In this document: in pieces, positions 62,483-64,000 of the stretch
Position numbering within the stretch: the stretch's first letter is position 1
Layout: every line of letters begins with the position of its first letter
NCBI GenBank assembly: GCA_001600815.1
Contig: BCKZ01000002.1
Span: 1,558,294 to 1,622,293, forward strand
Source of the DNA: Alloascoidea hylecoeti
Taxonomy: Eukaryota
DNA: 64,000 nucleotides
Reading direction: 5' to 3'
Notes under the pieces: model-generated
Database searches by the model: none
Told to the model about the DNA's origin: nothing
The model's input: the letters and a program-made list of their open reading frames with translations, nothing else
Translations under genes and position numbers: made by a program

Positions 62483-63505
62483 ATGGTTAAAGTCGCAATT
62501 GCTGGTGCTGCCGGTGGCATAGGACAGCCCCTTTCTCTCCTATGCAAACTTTCTCCTTATATCTCGGAACTCTCCCTTTATGATGTAAGAATGTCAGTCG
62601 GTGTAGCTACTGATTTATCCCATATTCACACAAAGGCAAAGGTTACTGGCTTTTTACCAGACAATGATGGCATGCAAAAAGCTTTCTCCGGTTCTGATTT
62701 GGTTATTATTCCGGCTGGTATTCCACGAAAACCAGGTATGACAAGAGATGCTCTTTTTAATATTAATGCTGGTATAGTTAGAGATCTTGTCACAGGTGTC
62801 GCCAAATATGCTCCAAAAGCTTTTATCCTAATTATTTCAAACCCCGTTAATTCAAATGTCCCAATTGCTGCCGAAATATTAAAGAAATATGGTGTGTTTG
62901 ACCCAAAAAGGTTATTTGGTGTTACAACTCTTGATGTTGTTAGATCTGAAACTTTTATCGCACAAATTGCCAATCCTTCACAACCTGATCCTTCTAAATT
63001 TAATGCTCTTGTTGTTGGTGGTCATTCAGGGGAAACAATTGTTCCTCTTATCTCTGCTACTGCCCCCGAAATATATTCTGAATTAGTAAAGAACTCAGAA
63101 GAACTTGCCGCGTTAATTAAGCACATTCAATTTGCTGGTGATGATGTTGTTAAAGCAAAAGATGGTGCTGGCTCAGCAACACTTTCAATGGCATATGCCG
63201 GATTTAAGTTTGCCAACTCAATCTTAAAAGCAATCTCTGGTGAAAAGAATATAATTGAACCTACTTATGTTCATTTGGAAGGTATTGAAGGTGGTAAAGA
63301 AGTTGCTGCTAAACTAGGTGTCAAATATTTCACACTTCCTGTTGAATTAGGACCAGAAGGTGCTCACTATATTAAGAATGTCTTAAACAATGTTTCAAAA
63401 CAAGAGGAAAAACTATTAGAAATTGCTCTTGATAATTTGAGACCAAATATTGAAAAAGGTGAAAAGTTTATATTGGATCCACCTGCTCCAAAGAGTAAAC
63501 TATAA
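62483..63505 (+). CDS. MDH3: NAD-malate dehydrogenase with C-terminal PTS1 (peroxisomal, Mdh3-like)
   Basis: [52 protein letters not shown]; ends -SKL; no mitochondrial presequence. Confidence 0.88.
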   Translation: MVKVAIAGAAGGIGQPLSLLCKLSPYISELSLYDVRMSVGVATDLSHIHTKAKVTGFLPDNDGMQKAFSGSDLVIIPAGIPRKPGMTRDALFNINAGIVRDLVTGVAKYAPKAFILIISNPVNSNVPIAAEILKKYGVFDPKRLFGVTTLDVVRSETFIAQIANPSQPDPSKFNALVVGGHSGETIVPLISATAPEIYSELVKNSEELAALIKHIQFAGDDVVKAKDGAGSATLSMAYAGFKFANSILKAISGEKNIIEPTYVHLEGIEGGKEVAAKLGVKYFTLPVELGPEGAHYIKNVLNNVSKQEEKLLEIALDNLRPNIEKGEKFILDPPAPKSKL

Positions 63506-64000
63506 TGTTATGTCAATGTTTTATTATATTCCATATATTTGCAATTACAATTGCAACCTATCGTATAGACATATATTGGTCTAATGTATTATGCGTTTTA
63601 TAATTCTAGATCTTCATAGTTATTTTTCTTTTTTTGTTGAGTGCCTATCTTTTATTTTTATTTGTGATAATTATAATTATGGTTAAATAGGGAAAAATAA
63701 GAAAATAGACGTACTTTTTAGATATAAACTATTGTTTGTCACGTTATAAACTAGATAAAAATGAAAACAATCCCTTTTCAAGTTTAAGCGCTGGCTACGA
63801 CGTAAGCGTTCAATGGCCATAAAACCATATAGCCCTATACCAGTATATGACCTTTACTCGGCTGATCAAGAGTGAATCCTTCCAACGCACCATATATTTC
63901 GGTTTCCAACTTCAGAATTAATGGTGAAAATATTCATTTATTTCTTGTAATCTGTAAATCTCAATAGCTTAATATTGAATACAGTAAAAGTTGCTAGCTA

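Overview
Very AT-rich eukaryotic nuclear DNA from a budding yeast (Saccharomycotina; short GT-AG introns with TACTAAC-like branch points; CUG read as Leu at a conserved Arl2 position). Bases 1-28.5 kb are gene-dense housekeeping DNA: DNF1/2, LNP1, MNS1, a 4-exon ATP18 missed by the ORF track, DAL2, a thioesterase, RMI1, MET12, SWI1, MNN10, PRP28, PEX5, CWC2 and HEM3. This block also holds an intact stand-alone copia-type Gag gene. Bases 29-34.6 kb are a nested mobile-element relic: a decayed Ty5-like retrotransposon interrupted by a ~23-bp periodic array, a Tc1/IS630 fragment and a pseudo-copy of a neighbouring orphan putative WRKY/GCM1-fold gene. SSN3/CDK8 (7 exons) is followed by a 13.4-kb gene desert containing a ~900-nt rod-like foldback and many further imperfect hairpins. 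The right end holds a C2H2 TF, an orphan ORF, GAD1, PSO2, ARL2/CIN4 and a PTS1-bearing MDH. All calls were made by eye; no searches or folding computations were run.
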